In this document: positions 15,824 to 22,971 of the stretch, piece by piece
Layout of the letters: each line of letters starts with the position of its first letter
Position numbering within the stretch: the stretch's first letter is position 1
Virus record (IMG/VR): IMGVR_UViG_3300037419_003079
Origin: a virus
Lineage: Duplodnaviria > Heunggongvirae > Uroviricota > Caudoviricetes
Reading direction: 5' to 3' (one strand)
DNA: 64,000 nt
The notes under the pieces: model-generated
The model's input: the letters and a program-made list of their open reading frames with translations, nothing else
What the model was told of the DNA's origin: nothing
Database searches by the model: none
Position numbers and translations under genes: made by a program

Positions 15824-16513
15824 TTATTTGCCATACATTAATCGTTGCCAAGCACCGTCAGAGAATCCTGCTCGTTGCATTTGACCAACTGTTCTGTCTA
15901 CCGCATAAGGGATTCGATAAAAAGTTACAATGTCTTTTTCAACATCATACACTGCATATGAGGCTCTAGGGTCTCCATCACGAGGAGAACCAACTGAGCC
16001 AACATTGATAATTGCTCTTTTGCCATCTAAGTGCGTAGAGTAATATGACATATGTAAGGGTGATTTAATAAACTCTGCTTTGTTGTATGAATTTACAAAA
16101 CTTATAGATGGTGCGAACATATTTCCTACAAACAACATTTCAAAGTCTCCTAAAAATCCTTGTGGTGTTTCTCTTGAGAATACAATTTCATCTAACCTAT
16201 GACTATCTACTAAGTTTTTCAAATATGATACTTCTTTTCCTAATTTTTCTCTTGTCCAATCTACTGCAAATCTTGATTGAGGAGTCAATCCAAAGCTTGC
16301 GTCCTCGTCAACTACTGCTAAGTCATGGTCTCCCATAACTATGTAATGAAACTCCTCTAATGTTAGAGTTAATGTCTCATTTGGTTTCGGTCCATTACCA
16401 ACAATGTTGCCTAGGTGAACTTTCATGTCCACTCCGACACTGTTCATATGTTCCAATACTGATTGCAGTGCATATAGATTGGAATGTGTATCTGATACAA
16501 TTCCAATTTTCAT
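15824..16513 (-). CDS. calcineurin-like metallophosphoesterase
   Basis: 229 aa. N-terminus MKIGIVSDTHSN ... GD(H)D ... GN(H/I)VG motifs of the MPP superfamily. Confidence 0.8.
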   Translation of the reverse strand: MKIGIVSDTHSNLYALQSVLEHMNSVGVDMKVHLGNIVGNGPKPNETLTLTLEEFHYIVMGDHDLAVVDEDASFGLTPQSRFAVDWTREKLGKEVSYLKNLVDSHRLDEIVFSRETPQGFLGDFEMLFVGNMFAPSISFVNSYNKAEFIKSPLHMSYYSTHLDGKRAIINVGSVGSPRDGDPRASYAVYDVEKDIVTFYRIPYAVDRTVGQMQRAGFSDGAWQRLMYGK

Positions 16514-16737
16514 TTTTTAATCTTCCTCTCGACTATTTTTTTAACGATTGGGTAGTGGTCTCCGTCTGTGAAGTATTTGACTCGTTTATCGCATTGGTCA
16601 CACTCTGAAATGAAAAACATTTCATTATTTTCTACTCCATAATCCTTTGTGATTGGCTTTAAATTATAAAGGCACTCAGGGCATTTTGGTTTCTTACCAT
16701 CTTTGAAAAACACAGCGTCTAGTACTTCTTTAGCCAT
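16510..16737 (-). CDS. small zinc-ribbon protein (75 aa)
   Basis: CPECLYN ... CDQCDKR pairs of Cys. Overlaps both neighbours by 4 and 1 nt. Confidence 0.5.
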   Translation of the reverse strand: MAKEVLDAVFFKDGKKPKCPECLYNLKPITKDYGVENNEMFFISECDQCDKRVKYFTDGDHYPIVKKIVERKIKK

Positions 16738-17309
16738 TATTGACCACCTACAATCTCAATTATTTCTTTCTCAATTTCTGATAGTGTCTTTCTAGTTGTG
16801 TCTACATGATGAAATTTAACATTGTCATATGTATGTTTTATAGTGAAGTCTTGCATAATAGTTTTATATAGGTTTTGCTGTTTAATTGTTTCTGCTACAC
16901 TTTCTTCTGCTTTTCCAAAAGGAACTTTGTCTCTTAGTAGTCGTCCTTTTAGTTCTTCTTCGTCTTCGATAGTAAAGAATATAACGTCTACTTGCATAGC
17001 CATTCTTTTTAAGTTAAAAACTAGATGTCGATAGTCATTAGAAAAGTCATAGTCTTTATATAATTCCGAGAAAACTCTCTCAGAGAAAAAGAATCTATCA
17101 AAGACAAAAGTTGAATCATGATATTTCATTGTTTTTAGAAATTCGTACCAGTTCCAGTAGTACTCTGCTATTTTTTCGTGTCCTTCTGCTCCATCGTCAT
17201 GAAAACCAGTTGGATTAATCAAAGTAATTTCTGAAACTTTTTCTCGAATTGCTCTTGCAATAGTAGATTTTCCAGTTCCACGACCACCTTCAAGAATTAT
17301 AAGTCTCAT
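16737..17309 (-). CDS. P-loop nucleotide/polynucleotide kinase (dNMP-kinase or Pnk-kinase-like)
   Basis: 190 aa. Walker A motif EGGRGTGKST near the N-terminus, with lid-like basic residues. It is the first gene of a kinase / Zn-ribbon / MPP / Zn-finger / MBL operon. Confidence 0.65.
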   Translation of the reverse strand: MRLIILEGGRGTGKSTIARAIREKVSEITLINPTGFHDDGAEGHEKIAEYYWNWYEFLKTMKYHDSTFVFDRFFFSERVFSELYKDYDFSNDYRHLVFNLKRMAMQVDVIFFTIEDEEELKGRLLRDKVPFGKAEESVAETIKQQNLYKTIMQDFTIKHTYDNVKFHHVDTTRKTLSEIEKEIIEIVGGQ

Positions 17310-17343
17310 TTAACCACACCTTTTTATTTTATATTTCATTTAT

Positions 17344-17372
17344 ATTATAAACTAAAAACTAAAAAAAGTCAA
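17344..17372 (-). promoter_or_regulatory. sigma-A consensus promoter (TTGACT-17-TATAAT)
   Basis: Reverse complement reads CCTTGACTTTTTTTAGTTTTTAGTTTATAATATAAATG. Confidence 0.75.
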
Positions 17373-17380
17373 GGTCTATC

Positions 17381-17409
17381 TTGATTTAGTTGTTAGTATA
17401 TATTATAAT
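17381..17409 (+). promoter_or_regulatory. divergent sigma-A promoter (TTGATT-17-TATAAT) for the S1-domain gene
   Basis: CTTGATTTAGTTGTTAGTATATATTATAATAGC. Back-to-back with the minus-strand promoter. Confidence 0.7.
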
Positions 17410-17465
17410 AGCAACAAGTAGCGAAGGTTGCTTGTCCCACAAACTAAATGAGGAGGAATGTCACA

Positions 17466-18392
17466 ATGACAATTACCTACGAAAGAGGAAAATGGATTGA
17501 ACTAGGAAAACAGTTGGAGGTAGTAGTTGCCAAAAATAATGAACTTCCTAAGCCAAGAAAAAAATCTTTAACTGAGTTATTTAAAGACTTTGCTAGAGAA
17601 CATAACACAACTTATAGTTCTGCTCAATTTTATTATTACAACGATATTAAGCCAAAGGTTGATAGAAATGAATTGGTTTACAACCCTAGGTCATATGATG
17701 ATGAACTAAACAACTATATGAACAACACTCAAGTAGACCCTATATTTAGAAACACAAAAAACGTTAGAAATGTTCACAAGATTGGAACTATCGTACAAGG
17801 AGAAATCGTTGGTCTAACAGACTTTGGTGCTTTTCTTAGAACAGAACAAGGATTTGAAGGACTTATACACATATCTCAAATTACAGAAAAAGATTTCGTT
17901 ACGCTTCCTGAGGACTATTTTTATATTGGTGAAAAAGTTAAAGCTAAAGTCATGAGATATGACGGAAACAAACTTAATTTATCAACCAAGGCAACAGGAG
18001 GAAAAGAAAAGATAAATCCTGTTTTCAAAGATTTAAGTTTAAAGAAAACTGAAATACAAGAAACTAAGAAAGTAACTCCGAAAGTAATACAAAAACCAAA
18101 AGAAGTTGTACATGAGACCAAAGTAGAACCTAAAGTTATAGAGGACAATACAAAAGTAGTTCCAATTAGTACATCTAACAATGATAAAGATAACATAATC
18201 AACTTTATTAAGAGATATTCTGATAATAACGTATCTCAAAAGGCACTTGGAGATTTAGACGACTTAATCTCTGAATATGGAGTTTTCCAAACAACTATAT
18301 CACTAATGGAAACTGTTCGTGATTTAGATATTTCTTCTTTCATTACCGAGATGACAAAAGAAAGGCTTGAAGGTGAATATCTTAGGCAATAA
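17466..18392 (+). CDS. S1 RNA-binding-domain protein with Lys-rich C-terminal extension
   Basis: Start refined to the ATG at 17466 (GAGGAGGA RBS). S1/OB core GTIVQGEIVGLTDFGAFLRT ... GLIHISQI ... GEKVKAKV. Confidence 0.75.
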   Translation: MTITYERGKWIELGKQLEVVVAKNNELPKPRKKSLTELFKDFAREHNTTYSSAQFYYYNDIKPKVDRNELVYNPRSYDDELNNYMNNTQVDPIFRNTKNVRNVHKIGTIVQGEIVGLTDFGAFLRTEQGFEGLIHISQITEKDFVTLPEDYFYIGEKVKAKVMRYDGNKLNLSTKATGGKEKINPVFKDLSLKKTEIQETKKVTPKVIQKPKEVVHETKVEPKVIEDNTKVVPISTSNNDKDNIINFIKRYSDNNVSQKALGDLDDLISEYGVFQTTISLMETVRDLDISSFITEMTKERLEGEYLRQ

Positions 18393-18651
18393 TGAATTGA
18401 AAGAAAGATATTCTTTAACTTCACACATAGTCAAACGGTGGAGACAACGTATAGAAAAAAATATTACCTACGATGAAATCAGAGAGAAAGTAGATGAAAT
18501 CATAGATAATGGTATTAAGAGAACTGTAGACGACAAGCATTATCGGATATGTTATAAAGACATCTGTGTTGTGTTTATGAAATTAAGTCCGCTACATTCA
18601 TTGGCAAAGACTGTTTATATTAAGAGTGAGGAGGAATTTGGGTGCTGTTAG
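18367..18651 (+). CDS. hypothetical protein (about 85-94 aa, start uncertain)
   Basis: Only TTG/GTG in-frame starts. Followed by a terminator hairpin. Confidence 0.35.
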   Translation: MKVNILGNNELKERYSLTSHIVKRWRQRIEKNITYDEIREKVDEIIDNGIKRTVDDKHYRICYKDICVVFMKLSPLHSLAKTVYIKSEEEFGCC

Positions 18652-18668
18652 CACTCTTTTTCTTTTCC
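18640..18668 (+). terminator. rho-independent terminator
   Basis: GGTGC-TGTTA-GCACTC stem followed by TTTTTCTTTTCC. Confidence 0.55.
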
Positions 18669-18860
18669 CTAAATTTATAATACACTTATATTTTAACATA
18701 GTCAAGAGTATCTGCAAAAAAACATGCTTTGAATCGTAAATATTTAATAAAAAGAATTATTTAGTATTTATATATCTTTTAGTAATTACTAAGTAATTAT
18801 ATTATATTTATTTATTATTTATTAATATATATATTTATATATATAACTGTCCAAAGTTGA
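18669..18860. repeat. AT-rich region with (TA)n/TATTTA simple repeats and a 6-bp inverted repeat ACTGTC-N7-GACAGT
   Basis: More than 85% A+T over ~190 bp. ATATATATTTATATATATAACTGTCCAAAGTTGACAGTCC lies immediately upstream of the sigma-factor gene. Confidence 0.6.
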
Positions 18861-18901
18861 CAGTCCCCAAAATTGACCCTATAAAAAGGAGGTGCGTTAA
18901 T

Positions 18902-19558
18902 ATGTCAAGAATTGAAAAAGAAGAACATTTAAAAGGACTTATAAATATTGTGCAAAACTCTGATAATGGATATGAGAAAGAAAACGCCATGATGGAGGTA
19001 CTTAATAAATTTGAACCTTTCAGAAGGTCTTTAACGAAGAAATTCGCAGGAAAAGGAGTAGACTTCGATGATGTGTGTCAAGTAATTGATTTAAAGCTAA
19101 TTGAAGCTATGTATGATTATGATGAAAAACTAGATTCATCTGCTATTAGGCATATCACATCTAAGGCAAGGAATGGAGTATTTAATTTCTACAAGAAAGA
19201 AATGAACTACTTTAAAGAAGACCGTAAAACTATTAGCATTGACCAATCATTTTACAATATTTCTCACAACGGATACAAATTAACTATTGATGATTCATCT
19301 TGGATTGAGGCTTATTTTGAAGAAGAATTTGACGAAGATAAAATCATAGATAAGATTATGTTAGAACAAGGATTGACAAATTTAACAGAACATCAAAGAG
19401 AATTAATACATATGTACTATTGGGCAGATATGACCCAAGAGGAGATTGCAGAAGAACTACAGATACACCAAGCAAATGTATCAAGGGCAACAAAAAGAGG
19501 AGTCAAGAGACTCAAAGAGAATCTTAACCCCTTGGGTGAGCAGTCCGATAAGCTTTAG
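18902..19558 (+). CDS. phage-encoded sigma-70-family sigma factor (sporulation/ECF-like size)
   Basis: Start refined to the ATG at 18902 (AGGAGG RBS). Region-4 HTH LTEHQRELIHMYYWADMTQEEIAEELQIHQANVSRATKRGVKRLKE, with a region-2-like helix upstream. Confidence 0.75.
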   Translation: MSRIEKEEHLKGLINIVQNSDNGYEKENAMMEVLNKFEPFRRSLTKKFAGKGVDFDDVCQVIDLKLIEAMYDYDEKLDSSAIRHITSKARNGVFNFYKKEMNYFKEDRKTISIDQSFYNISHNGYKLTIDDSSWIEAYFEEEFDEDKIIDKIMLEQGLTNLTEHQRELIHMYYWADMTQEEIAEELQIHQANVSRATKRGVKRLKENLNPLGEQSDKL

Positions 19559-20393
19559 ACATCTGCTCATTAGCAATAGTTGTATAAACGGTAGTTGTGT
19601 TTATGTCTGCATGACCTAGTAGTTCTTGTATATATCTAATATCAGCACCGTTAGCATGTAAGTGAGTAGCGTAACTATGTCTAAACATGTGTGGGTGAAC
19701 TTCACCATCTGAATACTTATAAACTATTCTACGAGCGTTTCTAGTCGTCATAGGAAGACTAGGGGTTCTTCTACTAGCAAACACATAAGGACTGTTGTAG
19801 TTCCTAGTTTCAAGGTGTCTTGCTATAGCATTTAGAGCAGGATTATTAATAGGTACTAGTCGTTCCTTATTTCCTTTTCCAAGCAACTTAACAGTTCTAT
19901 TTTCTAAGTCTATGTCGTCAACTTTAATAATCACTAATTCACCTACACGACAACCTACTCCATACAATGTTTCCATTATCGCTCTATCTTGCTCATTATC
20001 AATGGAGTCCAATATTCTAGAAGTTTCATTTACTGTCATTACATTAGGTAGTTTCTTGGCTATCTTGGCATTATCAATATCTAGAGCGTCATTATGCTCT
20101 ATCACTCCTTCTTTCTTTAAAAATGTCATGAAAGAGCGAATAGCAGATAATTTTCGTCTTCTAGTTGTAGGTGCTAAAGAATTAATGTCGGCAAGGAACT
20201 TTCTGATTGTTGATTTATTAAGTTGCTCTATATTCACAATAGAACTAGATTCAAAGTATTGATTTAAATCTTTTTTATAACTGATTACCGTGTTATTAGA
20301 TAAATTCTTTTCAACACTCATGTAGTTTAAGAAATCATTTAAATAGTTATCCATATTTATCAGCCTCCGATTTGTTTTGTTCCTATAACACAA
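19524..20393 (-). CDS. tyrosine recombinase, XerC/XerD-like (no N-terminal arm-binding domain)
   Basis: 289 aa. C-terminal catalytic box HMFRHSYATHLHANGADIRYIQELLGHADINTTTVYT (R..H..R..Y). Convergent with, and overlapping by 35 nt, the sigma-factor gene. Confidence 0.9.
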   Translation of the reverse strand: MCYRNKTNRRLINMDNYLNDFLNYMSVEKNLSNNTVISYKKDLNQYFESSSIVNIEQLNKSTIRKFLADINSLAPTTRRRKLSAIRSFMTFLKKEGVIEHNDALDIDNAKIAKKLPNVMTVNETSRILDSIDNEQDRAIMETLYGVGCRVGELVIIKVDDIDLENRTVKLLGKGNKERLVPINNPALNAIARHLETRNYNSPYVFASRRTPSLPMTTRNARRIVYKYSDGEVHPHMFRHSYATHLHANGADIRYIQELLGHADINTTTVYTTIANEQMSKAYRTAHPRG

Positions 20394-20422
20394 AGTTTAC
20401 CAATTAATTCCTATAATGTCAA
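20393..20422 (-). promoter_or_regulatory. probable sigma-A promoter for the recombinase (TTGACA-17-TAAACT)
   Basis: Reverse complement reads TCCCTTGACATTATAGGAATTAATTGGTAAACT. Shares the GTCAAGG motif of the early promoters. Confidence 0.45.
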
Positions 20423-20493
20423 GGGAGAATAGCATACTTTTCCATGTATTAATAAGCCTTAGTATTAGATAGTACCCCTATCGGCAGTTCTCT

Positions 20494-20552
20494 TTTACAT
20501 TTTCCCCTATTTTTGGCTATTGGCTATTTGGCTACCCCCCCCCTGCCTTATA
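20494..20552. repeat. GGCTAT direct repeats (x3), C9 homopolymer and inverted ATAGCC copy upstream of terS
   Basis: TTTTTGGCTATTGGCTATTTGGCTACCCCCCCCTGCCTTATAGCCATTC. Confidence 0.6.
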
Positions 20553-20582
20553 GCCATTCTTTTTAAAAGGAGAGTGATGTAG

Positions 20583-21257
20583 ATGGCAAGAAGAAAACTC
20601 AATGATGAAGAATTAGAGAAAATTTCAAATAAAGAGTGGAAAAAAACGCCTATATTTACAAGTGATGAAAAATTAGCAAATAGAGCCAAAAATTTAACAG
20701 GTCCAAAGACCGTGGAAGGGAAGAAGAAGTCATTGGCAAATTTACAAGTTGGTAGAAACAGTTCGGATTCTCCTACCAATCTTAGGCATGGTGGGTATAT
20801 CCGTAAGATTTTAAATGAAGATGAACAAGAGTACTATTTCATGCGTATGGAGATTTACTATAAGGATTACGATATTAATGGTTCGGCTGATGAAATTATA
20901 TTACATCAGGTTTTGATGGAGGAAGTTATCTTAATGCGTTTATACACTAAGCAAGCAAACAATCCTTCAACAGATATAGAAAGACCATTAAATGATTGTA
21001 CTCGTAGATTGCGTACAGCACTAGAAGACCTAGGTGCATTAAGAAAGCAACGATTAAAACAAGACGATAAAGTAGCAAGTCTGAATATCGCTACAATTGC
21101 TCAAGCATTTGCTCGTGAATTAAATCAAGGAAGTGTAGAGCAAGAACTACTCAAATTAAGACAAGAGGAAGAAGAATTTGAGAAGTCAAGAACAAAAGAC
21201 ATTAACGATAGATATGTAATCGTTGAGGAAGATGAAGATGGAGAACAATCAGAGTAG
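20583..21257 (+). CDS. putative terminase small subunit
   Basis: 224 aa. Located immediately upstream of, and overlapping, the large terminase gene. GGAGAG RBS. Assigned by position; no diagnostic motif. Confidence 0.5.
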   Translation: MARRKLNDEELEKISNKEWKKTPIFTSDEKLANRAKNLTGPKTVEGKKKSLANLQVGRNSSDSPTNLRHGGYIRKILNEDEQEYYFMRMEIYYKDYDINGSADEIILHQVLMEEVILMRLYTKQANNPSTDIERPLNDCTRRLRTALEDLGALRKQRLKQDDKVASLNIATIAQAFARELNQGSVEQELLKLRQEEEEFEKSRTKDINDRYVIVEEDEDGEQSE

Positions 21258-22905
21258 TATAAATATGAGCGTTCAGAACAACGCAGTAGAGCAGGGTGCT
21301 AATGTAAACACAGAACATATGGAGATGATGAAAATCTTCGTAGATAACCCTGATATTGCGGCTAGTAGATTACTAGTTCGTAATGACAAGCCATTGAGAC
21401 TAGCTGTTCACCAACGTTTGATTATTAGAGGACTATGGAAACATCAGTTTAATCTATTAATCCTTACTCGTGGTGGAGGAAAAACATTCTTACTGGCTCT
21501 TTATTGCGTTCTTAAAACAATGCTATTTCCTCGTGAAAAAGCAGTGGTAGCGTCTTCTTCCTATCGTCAAGCACAATTCACATTTGACGAGATAATAAAG
21601 TTTTATGAGGAATCACCTTTACTACGACAGGCTACTACAAAGCCTCCTACGAAAGGTCCTAACTCATGTGAAATGCACTTAGAAAATGGTTCTAAGATTA
21701 TATGTTATCCGTTGGGTGACGGTCAAAAGATTCGTGGTGCTCGTGCTAATACATTGGTTATGGACGAGGTAGCACAGATACCTTCCGATATTATCAACCT
21801 AGTAATCCTACCTATGATGAACACACGACAAGACCCGTTCGATACATCAGGTCGTAAAAACCATTTAGTTATGGCTAGTTCTGCGTATTTCCAATTTAAC
21901 CATCTATATGATAAGTATCTATCATACAAAGATAGGGGTAATCCTAGACATGAAGATTATGACGATAACTACGGTCTGCATGTTTTTTCTGTATACGACA
22001 TGCCTGAGGGTTGGATGGACCCTGCAATTATCAAGGAGGCAAGACAACAACTATCTGAGATACAGTTCCAAATGGAGTACGAATGTTTATTCCCTGCTGA
22101 GTCAGATGGATTCTTCCCTGCTAAATTAATGTATGGTGCTAGAAAACAATCTGTATTATTAGAGTTAGAAGGTAGTAAAGGTTCAGAATATGTATTCGGA
22201 ATTGACCCTGCTCGAACAGGAGATAATTTCGCATTGGTAGTTTTAAAACTAGGTAACCCAAATAAAATAGTAGCGTCTTACTCATTAAATAGAAATACAT
22301 TCCCTGAAATGCACGAGTTTATAAGAAGAAAAATTCGTGAATATAATAAAAATGGTGGAAAAGTAGTTAGGTTACATATGGATAATGGTGGTGGAGGACA
22401 CACTATTAAAGATTTACTAGCAGAAGAGTATGCTTGGTTTGACGGAGAGGCAGGGGTATGGAGAACTGACCCTGCTATTATTGACATGGACGATGAAGAA
22501 CAACAATACCTAACAGGTGAGCGAATACTTAAAATGCAAGTATTTAGTGCACCATCTATCAACTCAATGAACTATGACCTAAGAGCAGACCTAGAGAAAA
22601 ACAGAGTAATACTACCAACTCAACCACCTACTGAGGAAGGTGATATAGGTATGCTTTATAGAGATATTTTTGATGAAATAGAGGATATGATTAAAGAGAC
22701 TATGACTATTGTTCCAACACCTTTAAAATCAGGAATGTTGCATTTTGACACACCAAAACAAAAAATGAAGAAGGATAGATACTCTGCTTTCTTATTATGT
22801 TGTCAAGGTGCTAGAGAATTGCAGAGAGATTGGGGAGGTCCACCAGTTAAGACATTAGCTAGGGGCTTTGCTAGGAACTCATTCATGTCGGGTAGTGGAC
22901 TATAA
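21223..22905 (+). CDS. terminase large subunit
   Basis: 560 aa. Walker A-like LTRGGGKT, Walker B DEVAQIP, and a C-terminal RNase-H-like nuclease region. Confidence 0.85.
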   Translation: MRKMKMENNQSSINMSVQNNAVEQGANVNTEHMEMMKIFVDNPDIAASRLLVRNDKPLRLAVHQRLIIRGLWKHQFNLLILTRGGGKTFLLALYCVLKTMLFPREKAVVASSSYRQAQFTFDEIIKFYEESPLLRQATTKPPTKGPNSCEMHLENGSKIICYPLGDGQKIRGARANTLVMDEVAQIPSDIINLVILPMMNTRQDPFDTSGRKNHLVMASSAYFQFNHLYDKYLSYKDRGNPRHEDYDDNYGLHVFSVYDMPEGWMDPAIIKEARQQLSEIQFQMEYECLFPAESDGFFPAKLMYGARKQSVLLELEGSKGSEYVFGIDPARTGDNFALVVLKLGNPNKIVASYSLNRNTFPEMHEFIRRKIREYNKNGGKVVRLHMDNGGGGHTIKDLLAEEYAWFDGEAGVWRTDPAIIDMDDEEQQYLTGERILKMQVFSAPSINSMNYDLRADLEKNRVILPTQPPTEEGDIGMLYRDIFDEIEDMIKETMTIVPTPLKSGMLHFDTPKQKMKKDRYSAFLLCCQGARELQRDWGGPPVKTLARGFARNSFMSGSGL

Positions 22906-22971
22906 AACAATAGTGCAAACTTTTCGTAGTTGAATCGTAAATATATTAATATGAAGGGAGTGAGCCACTGA

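Noticed and set aside
17921-18424. Minus-strand ORFs opposite the S1-domain gene (17921..18202, 18039..18239, 18236..18424).
   Set aside because: They are antisense to a gene with a promoter, RBS and recognisable domain, and have no translation signals.
19524-20393. Reading the tyrosine recombinase as proof of a temperate, integrating prophage.
   Set aside because: The protein is XerC/D-sized without an arm-binding domain, and no repressor or att site is evident in the window, so the lifestyle is left open.
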